Source: an uncultured Sutterella sp. (lineage in GTDB: Bacteria; Pseudomonadota; Gammaproteobacteria; Burkholderiales; Burkholderiaceae_F). Taken from it: a DNA stretch of 64,000 nucleotides. The notes beneath the pieces are model-generated. The model did no database searches. It was not told the origin of the DNA and saw nothing but the letters and a program-made list of their open reading frames with translations. The DNA lies in assembly GCA_900542805.1 (NCBI GenBank), contig UQOW01000007.1, positions 10,771-74,770 on the forward strand. Direction: 5' to 3'. Shown piece after piece: positions 61,348 to 64,000 of the stretch. Made by a program: the position numbers and the translations under genes. Each line of letters starts with the position of its first letter. Position 1 is the first letter of the stretch.

Positions 61348-63324
61348 ATGCAGCTTTTTTTTGAAGAGGACGGAACCTACAAATCCGGCACGATTCTCAA
61401 ACACGAGGGTAATGCCTATCAGGTTGAGCTTGCGAGCGGAAAACGTACGAAAGTCAAAGGCGGCCACGTTCTCTTTGAATTCGATTATAGCGGTTCGGAC
61501 TTTATCGAGGCGGCCAAAAAGATCGCTTCCGAGATTGATCCTTCGTTTCTTTGGGAAGCCGCCGCCGATCAGGAAATCGACTATACGACGCAGGCAACCG
61601 AGTACTTCGGATTGCCGACTCCCGTTGAGCGTGCAGCCGTCTTTTTAACTTTGCAAGGTAATCCCGTCTACTTTTATAAAAAAGGTCGAGGAGTTTTTAA
61701 GCCTGCTCCGCGCGAGACACTCGAGCGGGCCTTGCAGGCCATTGAACGACGTAAGAAGCTTGAAGAGCTTCGAAAGAAGATGACAAGTGACATGGTCGCA
61801 GGCGTCCTTCCCGAGTCGGTTCGTGCCCAGGCCTATGCACTCTTGCTACGCCCGGATAAGAACTCCGTGGAATGGAAGGCGTTAAACGATGCCTCGAGCG
61901 TCGAGCGGATTTCGCCCTTGGCACTCCTGCTGAAACTCGGTGCCATCACAAGTCCTTACGCCTGGCATGTTCAAGGCTTTTATTTCGAGCATTTCCCGCA
62001 GGGCCAGGGATTTGCAAAAAACCTTCCGGCACCGGAGGCGTACGCCGGGGAATTGCCTCTTGCCGACGTTCAGGCTTTTTCCATCGACGATTCGTCGACA
62101 ACGGAAATCGATGATGCAACGAGCTTAACCGATATCGGAAACGGACGTCTGAAACTGGGAATTCACATTGCGGCGCCGGCACTTCTAATCGAAAGAGACT
62201 CGCTGCTTGACAAGGTTGCCCGAGAGCGTCTTTCGACGGTCTACGGTCCGGGGATTAAAACCACGATGCTTCCGACTGCTTGGATCGAAGCGGCAAGCCT
62301 GAAGGAAGGGACAAGAGCCCCTTGCGTTTCGCTTTATGCGGTTTTGGATGCCGAAACGATGACGGTTTTGTCGACGGAGACCTGTGTGGAACGAGTTCCG
62401 ATTCAGGCCAATCTCCGGTACGACACTTTCGAGCAGGACGTGACCGAAGAGGCGATTTTGTCCGAAACACTGCACATTCCGTATGCGCGGGAAATCAGTC
62501 ATTTGTGGCATTTTGCCAAGATACGTCAGAAAGTACGCGAGGATGTTCGCGGACGCCCCGAGATGCCGCCTCGCCCGGAGTGGTACTTTGTTTTAGAGGG
62601 CGAAGGAGAAAGCGCTCGTGCACAAGTCCGTTCTCGCATGCGCGGGGCGCCGATTGATTTGGTCGTCTCCGAGTTGATGATTTTTGCTAACGAGACGTGG
62701 GGCTTGTGGCTCGAAGAACACAATACCGCCGGCATTTACCGTAGCCAGCGCATGGGTCGTGTCAAGATGAGTACAACGCCCGGTCCCCACGACGGCTTAG
62801 GGGTAGCTGCTTATGCGTGGTCGACATCTCCCTTGCGCCGGTATGTCGATTTGATGAATCAGCGACAGATCGTCCGCGTTGCGATGGGGCAGTCGCCGGC
62901 CTATCAGCCCAAAGACATCGATTTATTTACGGCAGTGACGGCTTTTGAGTCTGCTTATGAGGCCTACAACGATTTTCAGCGTCGCATGGAGCGGTACTGG
63001 AGTCTTCGCTGGATTGAGCAGGAAGGTAAATCGCAAGTGACGGCACTCGTTGTCAAGGATGAATTGGTGCGTATCGAGGGTTTGCCGATGATGCAGCGCA
63101 TTCCGGGACTTCCGGAATTAGAACGCGGACGACGGATTCGGCTGCAGGTCCTCGGGTGTGATTACATCGAATTGGTGTTCGAAACGCGATTACTACAAGT
63201 GCTCGATGAAACGGAAACACTGCAAGAAGACGATGTCGAATTAATGGCCGAGGCCTCCGAGACGAGCGAGACTCCCGAGACTGTGGCCGTTGAAAATGAT
63301 GAAAAAAACGGGGAGGACACATAG
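61348..63324 (+). CDS. RNB-domain 3'-5' exoribonuclease (RNase II/R family) with an acidic C-terminal tail
   Basis: …FSIDDSSTTEIDDATSL… (RNB active-site DxxxxDD region) and a large RNB core. 658 aa. Confidence 0.7.
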   Translation: MQLFFEEDGTYKSGTILKHEGNAYQVELASGKRTKVKGGHVLFEFDYSGSDFIEAAKKIASEIDPSFLWEAAADQEIDYTTQATEYFGLPTPVERAAVFLTLQGNPVYFYKKGRGVFKPAPRETLERALQAIERRKKLEELRKKMTSDMVAGVLPESVRAQAYALLLRPDKNSVEWKALNDASSVERISPLALLLKLGAITSPYAWHVQGFYFEHFPQGQGFAKNLPAPEAYAGELPLADVQAFSIDDSSTTEIDDATSLTDIGNGRLKLGIHIAAPALLIERDSLLDKVARERLSTVYGPGIKTTMLPTAWIEAASLKEGTRAPCVSLYAVLDAETMTVLSTETCVERVPIQANLRYDTFEQDVTEEAILSETLHIPYAREISHLWHFAKIRQKVREDVRGRPEMPPRPEWYFVLEGEGESARAQVRSRMRGAPIDLVVSELMIFANETWGLWLEEHNTAGIYRSQRMGRVKMSTTPGPHDGLGVAAYAWSTSPLRRYVDLMNQRQIVRVAMGQSPAYQPKDIDLFTAVTAFESAYEAYNDFQRRMERYWSLRWIEQEGKSQVTALVVKDELVRIEGLPMMQRIPGLPELERGRRIRLQVLGCDYIELVFETRLLQVLDETETLQEDDVELMAEASETSETPETVAVENDEKNGEDT

Positions 63325-64000
63325 TGAGTCGACTTTTTTATGTCATCGGAAATCCGATTGAACACTCGCTTTCGCCGGTCATTCATGCCGCCTTTGCTCA
63401 AAAAGCCGGGCTAGACATTCACTACGAAAAACTCTTATTTGCCGTCGAGGACTTTGCTGGTCAGTTGCGCCAGCTTTTGGCGGCCGAGCCCGTGTATGGC
63501 GCCAATGTGACGGTCCCCTTTAAAAGAGAGGCATATAAGGCATGTACGACAATAAGTGAGAGAGCCCGCCTGGCAGGAGCCGTTAACACGCTTTCCTTTC
63601 AAAAGGGAGGAGTCGTTTTCGGTGATAACACAGACGGAATCGGCTTTGTGAACGATTTAAAGCGCCTTTACGGGGGAAATCTTTCCGAGGCACGTCTCCT
63701 TTTGCTCGGAGCGGGTGGTGCGGCGCGGGGCCTTTTGGCCGTTCTTCCGACTTATGTTCGCGCAGTTACGATTGCCAATCGCACTCAGGCCAAAGCCTTT
63801 GACCTTGCCGAGACATTCGGCGTTTCTGCAAGTTCACTGGAAGCAACGAAAAACGGCACTTGGGAGATTGTTGTCAATGCAACGAGTGCTAGTTTGTCCG
63901 ATGCAGTTCCGGCCGTCGACCCAGGGGTTTTCGCCCGAGCCGCGCTGTGCTACGACCTCATGTATGCTCGTACGGCAACGCCTTTTATGCAAACGGCCCG
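63324..64000 (+). CDS. aroE: shikimate dehydrogenase (N-terminal about 225 aa; continues past window end)
   Basis: VSRLFYVIGNPIEHSLSPVIHAAF…GANVTVPFKREA…LLLGAGGAARG. GTG start overlapping the previous stop. Confidence 0.8.
   Translation, partial: MSRLFYVIGNPIEHSLSPVIHAAFAQKAGLDIHYEKLLFAVEDFAGQLRQLLAAEPVYGANVTVPFKREAYKACTTISERARLAGAVNTLSFQKGGVVFGDNTDGIGFVNDLKRLYGGNLSEARLLLLGAGGAARGLLAVLPTYVRAVTIANRTQAKAFDLAETFGVSASSLEATKNGTWEIVVNATSASLSDAVPAVDPGVFARAALCYDLMYARTATPFMQTA

Overview
This 64-kb window looks like core chromosome of a moderately GC-rich (about 57–60%) Gram-negative bacterium, most likely a betaproteobacterium. The gene order supports this: rsmD divergent from ftsYEX, the kdsDC-lptCAB-rpoN-ptsN-rapZ block, accBC-prmA, and rplU-rpmA-obgE-proB. 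Nearly the whole window is coding. I call about 68 CDS and two tRNAs (Ala-GGC and Glu-TTC). I found no IS elements, prophage, CRISPR array or rRNA.

The items most worth a second look:
- **Trp attenuator on trpB2.** A 24-codon leader peptide (MTNIENKFFGWWLWRYDPSAFVAV) with three Trp codons, followed by alternative antiterminator and terminator hairpins and a U-tract, sits immediately upstream of a stand-alone TrpB2-type tryptophan synthase beta gene. That gene in turn follows a trpS with a C-terminal YegP/DUF1508-like extension.
- **Tandem UvrA-like protein.** A 1863-aa protein carrying four ABC ATPase cassettes and eight Cys-pair zinc-module signatures.
- **Sigma-54 promoter.** A perfect TGGCACG-N4-TTGCT element in front of a TAXI-type TRAP transporter operon, with rpoN encoded in the same window.
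- **TatA with a histone-H1-like tail.** About 125 aa of Lys/Ala/Thr-rich sequence appended to a normal TatA core.
- **Arg/Asp-rich 'DRF'-repeat protein.** It carries a ribbon-helix-helix-like C-terminus and lies next to the tRNA pair.
- **Membrane-protein pair plus M20D amidohydrolase.** The three-gene cluster sits behind a 760-nt gene-poor region that contains palindromic operator-like sites.
- **DsbL/DsbI pair.** A CPFC thioredoxin-fold oxidoreductase next to a DsbB-like protein, with no arylsulfate sulfotransferase nearby.

All calls come from reading the six-frame translations and the raw sequence. No database search was run.
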